Shown here one piece after another: positions 27,831-47,304 of a stretch of DNA of 64,000 nt. The position numbers and the translations under genes were made by a program. How positions within the stretch are numbered: position 1 is the stretch's first letter; every line of letters begins with the position of its first letter. The DNA lies in assembly GCA_002269645.1 (NCBI GenBank), contig NIVC01002006.1, positions 62,001-126,000 of the forward strand, in the 5' to 3' direction. Under the pieces are notes generated by a model. That model was not told the DNA's origin and did not search any database. It saw only the letters and a list, made by a program, of their open reading frames with translations. The stretch comes from Macrostomum lignano (lineage: Eukaryota).

Positions 27831-28304
27831 AAATCTCGCGAGGCTTGCAGTATTTGCGAGAGCAGCGACCTACTGCTTGAGTTGTCTGTCTAAAAACAAT
27901 CAATCATGTGCAAGCATTAAAATCCACGGCCCTCTCTCTATCCGTAAATAGATAAGCAGTAAAATACTTTCATCGACTCATAAAATCATCGCTTGATTCA
28001 ATAATCGGACAGAAAAGTCAGCGAAACGGATTTAGACAGCGACGACTTTGCATGCTATCAGGGTTAATTTGCACCAGCCTGTAGGCAATTACGGCTTTAA
28101 GCAGCGCAAGAAGTTCAGGAAATTACATGAATTTCTGCCGAACTGGTCAAAAAGGAGCTCAGCAGACACAGAACCACCTGCTCTTCAATTTAGCACCGGA
28201 TTAACGAGAGTTTTCTCCCCCGAAGCAAGGATCAAGTAGCAATTTAATTTGAGCTGAAATACATGGGTCTCGACCTCTAGTTCCTATCGCGGCTTCTACA
28301 CCGG

Positions 28305-28670
<366 letters not shown>

Positions 28671-29334
28671 GCCTATCAATTTTCCTTAGTTAAAAGCAGA
28701 AGCACGCCGCACAAGAAAAAGCCAAACCTCACCTTCGTGTTGGACAATAGCAAAAACCGAGAAGAGGATAATTCCCGAGGTTCCGTGTCGCTATTTGCGC
28801 AAACAGTAATGCGGGGTGTCTCCAGTCGATATGTTATCTCTCTCATGTGCCAGCCTGTCAGGCATAGTATCTTTAATCTTGGCCTCACCGCCACACGGCA
28901 CGGACTTCAGCCACTGGTTGGCCAATCAGAGCCATGGACTGAGAATAGTTCGCGGAGCTTAGCAGTTTTCTAATGAATTTGAAACACTCGGATAGCCGAT
29001 CCAGTTTTACGCCTTTACCCTGCGTTAAACACTACATTGCGTTGGAATATGGAATATGAAATATGGAATAAGGAATATGATGCAGGTGCAGACTAGTGCC
29101 GAAAGTAACTTGCTAGCTAGAAAAGAAGAGTTCATAGAACAAGATGTGAGTCCTTCCGTGCCAAATTAGGGATTTCGAAGCAGGATTCTTCCCCTGGTTC
29201 ATTTGACTGGACACTTGCCCGACAGTCTCTTAAATAATTTTGACTAGGGATTAACATGCACTTGAGTATTTAATACAAAAAAGCACAACTGATATTATAT
29301 ATTTTTGGTTTTCACTTTTGGGGAAGACTTGGCT

Positions 29335-29898
29335 TGAGACGGGAGTCACTCGCTTGAGGAAAGAATGGCACTCTGAGGGTCACTCGCTTGAGGAAAGAAT
29401 GGCACTCCGAGGGTCACTTGACTTGAGGAAAGAATGGCACTCTGAGGGTCACTCGCTTGAGGAAAGAATGGCACTCTGAGGGTCACACGCTTGAGGAAAG
29501 AATGGCACTCCGAGGGTCACTCGCTTGAGGAAAGAATGGCACTCTGAGGGTGACTCGCTTGAGGAAAGAATGGCACTCTGAGGGTCACACGCTTGAGGAA
29601 AGATAGGCACTCCGAGGGTCACTTGACTTGAGGAAAGAATGGCACTTCGAGGGTCACTCGCTTGAGGAAAGAATGGCACTCCGAGGGTCACTCGCTTGAG
29701 GAAAGAATGGCACTCTGAGGGTGACTCGCTTGAGGAAAGAATGGCACTCTGAGGGTCACACGCTTGAGGAAAGATAGGCACTCCGAGGGTCACTTGACTT
29801 GAGGAAAGAATGGCACTCTGAGGGTCACACGCTTGAGGAAAGATAGGCACTCCGAGGGTCACTTGACTTGAGGAAAGAATGGCACTCTGAGGGTGACT
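29335..29898. repeat. ~32-33-bp minisatellite (GAGGGTCACTCGCTTGAGGAAAGAATGGCACTCT-like)
   Basis: About 17 tandem copies. Confidence 0.95.
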
Positions 29899-30531
29899 TG
29901 ACATTCGATATGCAGCTGAGAAACGGACCCAGCAGTATAATTGAAGCTATTTTAAAGCCAGTAATTACAATTTTGAGTCTGTGTCGCAGTTAGGCTCAAG
30001 AAAGTTGAGGAAAGCTGAGCATATTCCGTCCGAGCGAATTATCACCATGCAGTCGCCATAATTAGTGGATATTTGTTAAGCGAAAGCAGAACTTCTCTTT
30101 ATGAGCCCCGCCGGCAAGATAGTTAATTATCCAGCAATGCTTCGCACGGCTTCAGAATTTCAGACTCTTCTTTCGACTCTCGTTTGCTATCTTGCTGTTT
30201 TTTATTTTTACGATTTGAAGTTCTAAAAAATGCAAAAAACCCGTATGTACATGTAGCTCGTACATTTATGTAGGAAGTTTTATGAAAACACTTGACTCAT
30301 CGCTTGTCTCGCCTTACAAGCCGGTTCTCAAATTCGTAGATATAGCAATCGCAAAAATGCGCTTATCTACTCTTTTCAAGTAGCAAAATCAGCGTTTTTT
30401 TGGCCTTAATAAATGCATACTAGACTGGATTGCAAAATAACATGAAAAAAACCTAATCCAGTGCGTGTGCACAGCGAACAAGAGAGAAAAGGAGTTGCGA
30501 CACAGCCCACAACCATGCAGATAAATAGTTA

Positions 30532-30691
30532 AGCCTCATTTACACTGCCATCGGATGAGCCACCAAATCACACGACCAACCGCTACGACCAGACACGACT
30601 CACCGATGTACAAAGAAATTTGATGCATAAGTTGTGTGATCAGACGAAATCTGTCCTTACACTCGTATTTGATGGCAGTGTGAACGAGCCT
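30532..30691. mobile_element. Tourist-like (PIF/Harbinger) MITE, 160 bp
   Basis: Imperfect TIRs AGCCTCATTTACACTGCCATC and GATGGCAGTGTGAACGAGCCT, flanked by TTA on both sides (30529-30531, 30692-30694). Confidence 0.6.
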
Positions 30692-31380
30692 TTAGGCTTT
30701 TTCTCTTACCCGATTGTGTCTGACTTTGACCTCGTTCCTTACTGCTCTCTCATTGGCTGAGCTGGATTGGGCACCCTAGGCTGAGTCACAGTCACAGAAT
30801 ATTCTGTGGGGCTGTTGGCTTAGTTATCCGTCTGGACCACCAGCCACTCGCAGGGTGAGCGAGGGGGCGCACTGGGGCCGCAGCCAGCCAAAGCCAGCTG
30901 TCCTAACAGGCAGTGGGGTGGGTGTTCTGTTGTTGAATTAACGAACGCAGAAACAAGATAGATAATTATCCGGGCGCTCAGTGGCACCAAAAGAGGGCTT
31001 GGCCAATAGGAGGGCGGCTAGTATATTTATGCACGCGGGGAAGGAAAGTTCTAGAAAGACCGGGAGAGGAAACTTCTGGAACAATGCGTAAACAAGTCCT
31101 GCTGTGGAAGTTTCTAGAAACCCTGTCCCCGAACTATCCCTACGCATTGCATGCCTTTGCAATACACAACAGTGGGTGCAACTGGAGGGGGGTTGACGCA
31201 GACAGAATGGGGGGGGGTTTGGCGCAGGCACGCGGCCGGGGGGGTGGGAGTGCAGAGCCGGCCACACTTTGACCGAGAGCCAGAGATTGCTCATCGGTGC
31301 AAGTGCACCCGGGCACAACAAATGCTTGAGTTCATTTTTAACTCAATAATATACTCCGGAATTTAAAAAGAGAAATTTTG

Positions 31381-34300
31381 CAGGGAATCCTATTGGCTCG
31401 CTGCGCTCCCCAGGAAGCGACACTGAAAAATGGGGCCTACAAGTTGAGGCCCAAGTCCCCTCCCCATTCCCCCAATTTCTTGCCTGGTTAGCATGCCTTT
31501 CGCATAAGGAATCATCGAAAAGAAGTAAACAAAAATAATTAAGACAGTGTCGAAGAAAATATTTGCTGCATTGCTTTTAATTTAATATATTTTTTCTATA
31601 TTGCTCAGTTTTGGAGAATAAATCAATATAAAAATCCTCCATTGCACTGGCAAATGACAGGCAAGAACTCCCACTGAAAAGCAATTCTTGAAGACTCATT
31701 ATGACTCCAGTAGGACTACAGACAGACTCACTCACCCGATAACTTTACCTTCTTTCTCTTTAAAGCTTTCTCGTTCTTCAAGTTGTCGTTGGTCTCATTC
31801 ACGAAATTCTTCAAAAAGATTCTGACTGCTGGGGTGAGGATCCTGGAGGAGAAAATAACCCCAGGTCTTCCGCAAGGACACTTCTGTTTCAGCATGTCGC
31901 GGAACTCACCGGATCTGCTGATGCAATCCTGGCAGAGCTCCACGATACTCTGAACAGCTCCTCCTGAGTACAGCAGATCAGCAGTCAGCAAACTCTTATC
32001 CTTCAGGTGGCCGAACACGAAGTAGGATACCATCATTAGAAGAAACACGAAGTCACTGGGGCACTTCAGACCACCACGATCACGCATCTGGATCAAGGCG
32101 AAATCCTCAGCGCGGGCCTCATCATCGGATAGGAACTCCAAATAGTCGGCAGTGACCAGGAAGTTCCTGCAATCCTGGCACTTCAGCTGACCACACAGAG
32201 ACTTCGCGACATACCCACCAAGATAGGAGCACAGGTTCAGATCATTGATGAAAGAGCAGCACTCAGATGCTCCAGGCCAGGCAGCGACAAAGACAACAGT
32301 TGGCTTGAGAAGTCAGACGGATTTCCTTGATAAAGAATTTGAAAGTCCCTCAGCTTAAGTCCATGAAACTTGAGCAAGATCGAGATGCGGATCTTCTCCG
32401 CCTGAAAGATCTGACGCACGGAAATGAAGAAGTTGCCACCGTGAAATTGGCGGTAGCGACCGAAGCGGCGCTCAATCCAATCGCTGACAATGCGGCCTGT
32501 CAAAACGGAAGGAAACGAATGCTCGGCCAACAGGTGCTCTGTGAGGTCAGCAAGAGTGAGGTAGCAGGATCTCACGGCTAAGAATGTAGGAGCAGTCAAG
32601 CCAGGCAGCTTTGACTCCTCCCATCGATGAAAAAAAGTGGCAAACTGGCGCAGCTTTGAGAGCCTTGGATCATTCGGAACCAACGGAGCAGCGTCCGGAA
32701 GCCGCTTCTCCTTTGCCTTCTTCGTGGTCCTAACATTCCACATCGTCCACAGACTCAGAATGAGCTGTAAGAAGGTGATCAGACCGATGGGAAACCTGTG
32801 GAACTTGGCAGCCTCCACTGTGGACTCGCTGAAAACATTGGCAGCGTGCTGGACGTTTGACTTCTCCAGGTTTGTCGGATTCAAGGACCTCCTGTTCAGC
32901 TTGTGAGCAATCCGAGCAGGCTGGCCGAGCTCCAGGTCATGCAGCCGGTGCAACTCTAGGAAATTCGCTGTCTGGATCTTCTGTGGATCCGAAAAGTCAG
33001 GGAACTGAAACACTTCACGAGAAATCCAGTTGTTCAGGATGTTCTTGAAGTTGTGCACGGGATCAAAGAGGAGAAATAGACGCTCACCGGACACCGGATT
33101 GGGAACGGAGGACTGCATCTGACCTTTGCACAGATGAACCTGAAACAGGCTCCTGTTCACTGAATTGTTGTCCACCACACAGACAACCAGCTTCAAGCCA
33201 ACCTTGTGCAGCAGGGTAAGGCAGTCAATCAGGTGCTTGTGCAGATCCTGGGCGTTCAGGCGGCTTTTGGGGACCAGGGAAATGACCTCTTGGAAGTCTC
33301 CATGCAGGGACTTCGTGAGGAAGGCGCACACCGTCTTTGCCATCTCATTTGTTGCCGCGTCAACTGCCCTCCACTGAACTCCATCCTTCTTGACGAGTAA
33401 ATTTCATCAATCGCTAGCAGCACTACCCTCTCAGTATCCGGCAGGCTTTGGACCTTCAGCCTCAGGTAATCTTCCATGAACTTGATGTCCGGATCATTGC
33501 TGAACCCAGAAGATAGGCGCTGTAGGTGCCGGACACTGGGAAGGGTCACCGCGTTGGAGGACTGAAGAAAGTTGTAAGCAGCTGGACTGTGGTGCTGCAG
33601 CAAGTAGGCAAAGGCCAGCAACTCCTGGGAGTAGGCAACCTTCTTCCCGCTGCTGCTGACGAGGCTCAGCTGCTCGAGCAAGAAGTTCAGCTTGGCATAG
33701 GTAACTTCCTCGGCAGAGGTGTCCTCTCCTTGGTCGCTCATCACTTCGATATTTGAAGAGAGTTCAAGGATTGCCTTCTTGACTTCTTCCTCAGCCCTCT
33801 GAAGATGCTGTTCGAAGCCACCCTCACGCTCTTCCGGTTGATGATTCTTCAGTCTAGCAAGGATATTTTCCAGCTGAGAGAAGGTGCGCAACCTACCTTC
33901 CGGGACCAGGTCTTGGGCAAATAGGCCATGCTCGGCTCCATCAATGGTGACAGTAAAATGCAGAGTTACTCACCGTCAATGACACTGCAATTTTAGGGGT
34001 CTCAGCAAGACACATCCGAGTGACAAAAAAGCATAAAGTTGAGACAGAGGTCTGCTTGTGAAAGCATTACAAATGGTCAGGCAGTTCGAACGACACGATG
34101 GCCTGGAAGTCCACAATGTCATCGTTCTGCAAGAAGTCTGTCGCTTCTTCTTCGCACCGCCTCGTGTCGTTCTCCCGGCGGGTCTCGGCCGATGCCAGCT
34201 GAGTGGGGCGCTCCTCAGTGATGGTCTTGTTCAGATAGGAGGGTGCATTTGGGAAGATGCAAGGTAGGGCATCAGCGGCTAGACGCCGAAGCTTTAGCTT

Positions 34301-35040
34301 GCCTGCAGGCTGACCATCTGCTTCGGTCCGTTTGCGGTGGGGATTGGAGTCCCGAGAGTTGATCACGAAGTACTTCTCAGGGAAGTGAAGCGAGCAGACC
34401 CTGTAGCTGTGGTTAGGGTTTGTTCTCAGCTGCTCCAACTCGGAATCGGTCCACACGCGTGGAATGGCCGTGATCCACTTATTCAGGAGCTCCAACTGCG
34501 TAGATGATGGAAACTTGTGGATAGTCACGGTTGCATGGATTCTTCTCATAGCGAGCATAGTTGGTGACGCACAGAGGAACGCAGCACTTGTAGCCCATAG
34601 TGGGAACGATCAGGTAGTTTCAAAATCCGATAGAGTGGAATTGAGAAGATTGCGAGTCAGTGCTCTTCGAGACAAACTCGCAACGTATATAGGGGCAAAG
34701 AACAGTAAATGTGCAGTAGAGTACAGTGTGAGGAAAGAACGCACATTAATTTTCCTATGCACTTCCGTCCCCCAGGAAAGGCTCTTTGTTCCACGAACTC
34801 GTACATACACAGCAGCGCAGCGAGGATCTCCTGCCCATTCTGTTATTTATTCTCCCTAACTCTCAACTAAAAATTACTCTTCTGTTATTTTTCGTCCCCA
34901 CAAAACCTCCCTACAAGGAAGGGTTTACTCACAAAAACTCCCGAGTCTCGAAGGCTCGAAGGCTTGGGCCTCAACTTGTAGGGGAGGTGGGGTGGTGCGG
35001 GACCAGTGTCGGTTCCTGGTGAAACAAATAGGATTCCCTG
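31381..35040 (-). mobile_element. P-superfamily (THAP9-like) DNA transposon, full length, 3660 bp
   Basis: Perfect 14-bp TIR CAGGGAATCCTATT (31381-31394 / 35027-35040). 7-bp TSD AATTTTG (31374-31380 / 35041-35047). Two further subterminal inverted blocks. Internal THAP plus P-type transposase coding sequence. Confidence 0.92.
31728..34598 (-). pseudogene. Disrupted THAP-domain P-element transposase
   Basis: THAP: MGYKCCVPLC (ATG 34598), then a frameshift to TIHKFP...W...RVCSLHF...ALPCIFP. Catalytic motifs LAIDEIY, VVDNNSVN, FDPVHNFKN and SDWIERRFGRYRQFHGGNFFISVRQ; C-terminal YLGGYVAK..KCQDC..RGGLKCPS. About four frameshifts plus a TAA at 34069-34067. Confidence 0.88.
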
Positions 35041-35101
35041 AATTTTGGCTGCCGCACTAAGTTCAAGTGACACTGCGCAGACAAACTATGGCAAAAGAGT
35101 A

Positions 35102-35751
35102 TACTCAACAACAGTCAAAAGTTCCACCCCACTAAGTGAGATGATTTTTTCACTTATTTCGAGTGACGCAACTTACGACACGAATAAATCTTATTGCCAC
35201 TTGGGGGCGGCTTTTGTCTGCTTAATGGTCCAGGAGGACAACGCGCCGCCACACCGAGCCGATGCTGTATGTTAGTCAATTGAAAGAACAGCTACAGCTG
35301 CGCACTCTGCGCTGCATGGCCTTCCCGGTCCCCAAACATGAATCCCATCGAGCATGTCTGAAACTTCTAAAACGCAGCATTCGAAAAGAGAATCCACCAC
35401 AGAATGTTGCGGAGCTGCGTCATGCCATTGAAAACGCTTGGCAGCAGCTTCTCCAGGACTTTCTGCGCCGCCTCATCCTGGGGATGCCCCGCAGAATCGC
35501 GCATTTCTGCGTGCGAGGGGATCCCACACGCGTTATTAAGCATCGCGATTCTAACTGAATATTGCATTAAATTTTTTTATGATTTTGTGCGACTGACATT
35601 TATTACAAGTTATTGATACAGTCAACTTCCCCTTCCTCGCCGCGGCTTAGTTGCGTAACTTGAGGGTTGAATTGTGAGTGAGAATGTGTCGCAATAAGTG
35701 AGAAAATTTTCATCCCGCTTGGTGGGTGGAACTTTTGACTGTTGCTGAGTG
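35102..35751 (+). mobile_element. Internally deleted Tc1-type transposon (650 bp) retaining the transposase C-terminus
   Basis: TIRs (C/T)ACTCA(G/A)CAACAGTCAAAAGTTCCACCC at 35102-35129 and 35724-35751, with imperfect similarity extending to ~60 bp. TA on both flanks. Broken reading QEDNAPPH...PSRSPNMNPIEH...NVAELRHAIENAWQ...MPRRI...Y* at 35228-35538. Confidence 0.85.
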
Positions 35752-35874
35752 TAGACGGATCTACTATTCCCAGTTTTAACTGCGAGTGAGAAATATAATT
35801 ATTCTAGCACCTTTGATTAAAGGTCTTGCACCAATGAGATCGTAAGTCATTTAAGCAGGCTTTTGGCACTGAAT

Positions 35875-35989
35875 CAAAAGCGGATCCAGGCTTCAGAGGT
35901 CAGCTGACCCCCATCCCCCAGATCCAGGGTTCAAGGGGTCAACCGACCCACTCGGCCCTTCCCACGGAAAAATCCTAGATCCGCCTCTG
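35875..35989. mobile_element. Small MITE with GCGGATCCAGG / CCTAGATCCGC termini
   Basis: Imperfect 16-bp TIRs (CAAAAGCGGATCCAGG versus CAGAGGCGGATCTAGG); AAT on both flanks. Confidence 0.45.
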
Positions 35990-36977
35990 AATACTGTTTC
36001 AATAAAACGTTGTTTTGATAAATCTTATTTCTCTTTGTGTTTATGGCCAAAGCCCATTAACTCCTTATATAATAGTTTCAGACTAGAGGCAAGATCTAGA
36101 TGAATGCTCACTTTCAGTGCACGTGGCTTAATATATGCTCTATACATAAATTATATAAAAGGACCAATTATAAAATCAGATCAGTTCGCACATATGCAGC
36201 AGTTATGCTGGACTGTTTAATCTGCATAGACGATGATCAAGTGAGTTTTTAATGGAAACATTGCGCGCATATTTCTTAAACCGAAACATTGTTCTGGCTA
36301 CTCTGCTCTACTAGAAGTAGCAACTTATGCTTTTCCATCAAGTCGCGATAATTTCTAGTAAAAGTAAGTTTTTTCAACGGTAGGTATTTTTAAACCGGGT
36401 CGGAGCCGGAGCGGGCGTACGGGAGTTCCGAGCTGGTTTGAGGCGGTGTAGCCCAGCTCTCAGCTCTGAGACATGAGGGGGAGAGAAAATAGAGGATGTT
36501 TTGAATGTACTCTGCGAGGGAAAGTGTACATTCGTCTGGGGGACCTTATCACACCTCAACCCCCCTCTCCGCTAGATTGGCCTGCTCTGTTATGCCCTAC
36601 CCACCCACCGCGTCAACCCAGCTTCACCCCCTCCCCAGTCCAAACCGGAATTCCCCCCAAATGTACACTCGCGGCCTAGCGGCGGAGCGGTTCTAACTTG
36701 AGATTATCGACCCCGCTCCGCTATCTGTACGAACGTGTCAACGCTGTGTCCTTTCAGCCATTCTTTGCCTTCCTTACCTCTCCTCTCCACCCTCCTCCCT
36801 GACTTTACAGGGCTGTATAAAAGGCGATAACGGTAAAACCTAGCACTGATTGTCATTAAACATTTAAATGTCTAATTTTAATTAGAAAAAATTAACAAGG
36901 ACGAATTTGTTAATCTATTAGTTGATCCGATTTAAACAAATCTTTCCCCAGCAGGACTAGATTGCGAGTAACTTATA

Positions 36978-43689
<6,712 letters not shown>

Positions 43690-44179
43690 AATTTTTTTCA
43701 ACGAATTAGCTGACGAGTTTTAAACTGTCATAGTTTACTCGCTGTTTACCCTCTTGGTTTTCTCAATGCTACTATAAAGATGCTTCCTTTGAAGATTTCG
43801 CTAAATTGATTTTGAAAAAAGTGAAAAAGAAACTCGTCGCTTAGCAACCGTTTGCTTACCTTGGATACAGGACTTTGCACTGCTTGTTTCATAATTCCAT
43901 ATTGTTTAACATTTTTAATTGAAATATTTAAGATAACTTCAAATTAGCACATCCACCTGCTTTTAGTAGGACTACTAGATCCAGCCCTTAGTTCCTAGCA
44001 TGCTCACGTACAGTATTCTGCAATAATGCTATGACTGAAATATTGATTTTTAACCTGCTAACTTTTGCGCACTGATCTGTGAGTTTTAATTGCTTCTAGA
44101 TTCTCGGAGAAGCGCTGTATACCTGTACATGCAGCACATTAACAGGTAGATGTTAGTCTCAGCAAGCTTTGATTCCTGT

Positions 44180-45297
44180 AGAGAGATCCTCAGTTGCTGG
44201 GCCAGCCTCGCAAATCCTCAGTTGCTGGGCCAGTATCCCAGATCCTCAGTTGCTGGGCCAGTATCCAAGATCCTCAGTTGCTGGGCCATATCCCAGATCC
44301 TCAGTTGCTGGGCCAGCCTCTCAGATCCTCAGTTGCTGGGCCAGCCTCCCAGATCCTCAGTTGCTGGGCCAGCCTCCCAGATCCTCAGTTGCTGGGTCAG
44401 GTTCCCAGATCCTCAGTTGCTGGGCCAGCCTCCCAGATCCTCAGTTGCTGGGCCAGCCTCCCAGATCCTCAGTTGCTGGGCCAGCCTCCCAGATCCTCAG
44501 TTGCTGGGTCAGGTTCCCAGATCCTCAGTTGCTGGGCCAGCCTCCCAGATCCTCAGTTGCTGGGCCAGCCTCCCAGATCCTCAGTTGCTGGGCCAGTATC
44601 CCAGATCCTCAGTTGCTGGGCCAGCCTCCCAGATCCTCAGTTGCTGGGCCAGTATCCCAGATCCTCAGTTGCTGGGCCAGCCTCCCAGATCCTCAGTTGC
44701 TGGGCCAGCCTCCCAGATCCTCAGTTGCTGGGCCAGCCTCCCAGATCCTCAGTTGCTGGGTCAGGTTCCCAGATCCTCAGTTGCTGGGCCAGCCTCCCAG
44801 ATCCACAGTTGCTGCGCCAGCCTCCCAGATCCTCAGTTGCTGGGCCAGCTTCCCAGATCCTCAGTTGCTGGGCCAGCCTCCCAGATCCTCAGTTGCTGGG
44901 CCAGCCTCCCAGATCCTCAGTTGCTGGGCCAGCTTCCCAGATCCTCAGTTGCTGGGTCAGCCTCCCAGATTCTCACTGGCTGGGCCAGCCTCCCAGATCC
45001 TCAGTTGCTGCGCCAGCCTCCCAGATCCTCAGTTGCTGGGCCAGCTTCCCAGATCCTCAGTTGCTGGGCCAGCCTCCCAGATCCTCAGTTGCTGGGCCAG
45101 CCTCCCAGATCCTCAGTTGCTGGGCCAGCTTCCCAGATCCTCAGTTGCTGGGCCAGCCTCCCAGATCCTCAGTTGCTGGGCCAGCCTCCCAGATCCTCAG
45201 TTGCTGCGCCAGCCTCCCAGATCCTCAGTTGCTGGGCCAGCCTCCCAGATCCTCAGTTGCTGGGCCAGCCTCCCAGATCCTCAGTTGCTGGGCCACT
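44180..45297 (+). repeat. 28-bp minisatellite (AGATCCTCAGTTGCTGGGCCAGCCTCCC)n, array 1
   Basis: About 40 copies; stop-free in all three plus-strand frames. Confidence 0.97.
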
Positions 45298-45867
45298 CTC
45301 ATAAATTTCGATCATGCTGGATCAATAACCAAACCATTATGAAAGCACAATAGCAGACACGCTGATTTTTTGCAACTCAGCACAGCTCTCAAGACACAGA
45401 ACCCTTCTAAATTTGTGACTACATGATACATCGTCAAATCGGCAATTAATTAACATTACTTACCTGCATGTCAGCAAGATTTTTAGCGAAGTCAATAAAT
45501 TGATGGAAGTGAAAAAGTTCAGTTTCAATGAGTATCAATAAGCACTTCATAAAATGACTGCATGCTGTTTTTCTGGCTTTTTGTGCTCTTGTTAAACACA
45601 ATGAAAACATTAACAAGCTTAATTCCATTGAGTAGTATAAGAATAACTGAATATTGTTTTTGAACATTTCTATTTAAAAAAATTGATTGGAGGAAAATGT
45701 AATAAATTGTAATAATAAATTTTAATAAGATTTGTCATCTAAAATAGTTGCTATGGCAAAGCTATTTTGCTGCACACAGTTTTATAACGCGGTGATAAGA
45801 ATGACTGGTGGTTGGATAGGGAGACAGACTGCTGGGTATTGGGCTTTTAGCTGCAATTTTCAGATTA

Positions 45868-46605
45868 ACTGAGGATCTGGAAGGCTGGCCCAACAACTGA
45901 CACTCTGGGAGGCTGGCCCAACAACTGACACTCTGGGAGGCTGGCCCGGCCAGCAACTGACACTCTGGGAGGCTGGCCCAACAACTGACACTCTGGAAGG
46001 CTGGCCCAACAACTGACACTCTGGAAGGCTGGCCCAACAACTGACACTCTGGAAGGCTGGCCCAACAACTGACACTCTGGGAGGCTGGCCCGGCCAGCAA
46101 CTGACACTCTGGGAGGCTGGCCCAGCAACTGACACTGGGAGGCTGGCCCAGCAACTGACACTCTGGGAGGCTTTCACAGCAACTGAAGATCTGCATGGGA
46201 CACTGCATGGTCCAGCGACTGAGGATCTGGGAGGCTGGTCCAGCAACTGAGGATCTGGGAGGCTGGCCCAGCAACTGAGGATCTGGGAGGCTGGCCCAGC
46301 AACTGAGGATCTGGGAGGCTGGTCCAGCAACTGAGGATCTGGGAGGCTGGCGCAGCAACTAAGGATCTGGGAGGCTTTCACAGCAACTGAGGATCTGGGA
46401 GGCTGGCCCAGCAACTGAGGATCTGGGAGGCTTTCACAGCAACTGAGGATCTGGGAGGCTTTCACAGCAACTGAGGATCTGGGAGGCTGGTCCAGCAACT
46501 GAGGATCTGGGAGGCTGGTCCAGCAACTGAGGATCTGGGAGGCTGGCCCAGCAAATGAGGATCTGGGAGGCTGGCCCAGCAAATGAGGATCTGGGAGGCT
46601 GGTGC
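45868..46605 (-). repeat. Same 28-bp minisatellite, inverted, array 2
   Basis: CTGAGGATCTGGGAGGCTGGCCCAGCAA units with GACACTCT variants. Confidence 0.96.
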
Positions 46606-47304
46606 TGCAGTATGTTGAAGTTGGACAAGGAAATGTCACAAAAAGGATAAAATTTACCCGAGAAAAATCAGGTGAGCAGAAACACTCACTAAATTCACCT
46701 TAATTAAAAGTTCATACAAGAAAATTTAAGTTGCGGAGAAAAAAGTGCAAAGGATATCTTCAGCCTGCGATCTGCATTTCTACTTTCGTACCTGTAGATT
46801 ACACAGTGGAAAAAATTCTACACAATAATGTTTTCAGCAGAATTATATTTGCAGTGTATAGCATAAATAACAATTAAATCCACGAATCAAGCAGTGAGCT
46901 AAAATTCAAGACTAATAAGTATTTACTGAGTAAAACTCGTACGCGCGCTAAGCAGGGGCAAATATATATTCATTCGAAAATTTTCCGAATAATAATAAAA
47001 CAATATCTGCACTACACACTATTTTTAGGGCATAAGCATGCGATTTTTATTAGTATTTTTGCTTTAACTCGTGAATAAATAGATAGAATATGCATATGAG
47101 GCATGGCTATAATAAGTGTAAACAAAAATTGCGTGTTAAAATAATATTTCTAAGCAAGTTGAATGCTTCTCGTGCACAGGTGGAAAGCAAAAAACCCCAA
47201 ATAAAATCCGACATAATCCGGCTCGGCTGGATTTTGAATTCTATAACTTTAAAAGAATCAGGTGACTTGATAAGTAATGTATGCAACTCAATCTTACCAT
47301 GACA

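Noticed and set aside
31436-34982. 20-bp inverted repeat with TA flanks as the transposon termini
   Set aside because: The true ends lie further out, where a CA-initiated 14-bp TIR and a 7-bp TSD are present; these blocks are subterminal.
44150-46639. ~390-aa PDPQLLGQPPRSSVAGPASQILSCWASL ORFs in three frames, also at 57196-58669
   Set aside because: The 28-bp unit has no stop on one strand, so all three frames stay open; there is no coding evidence.
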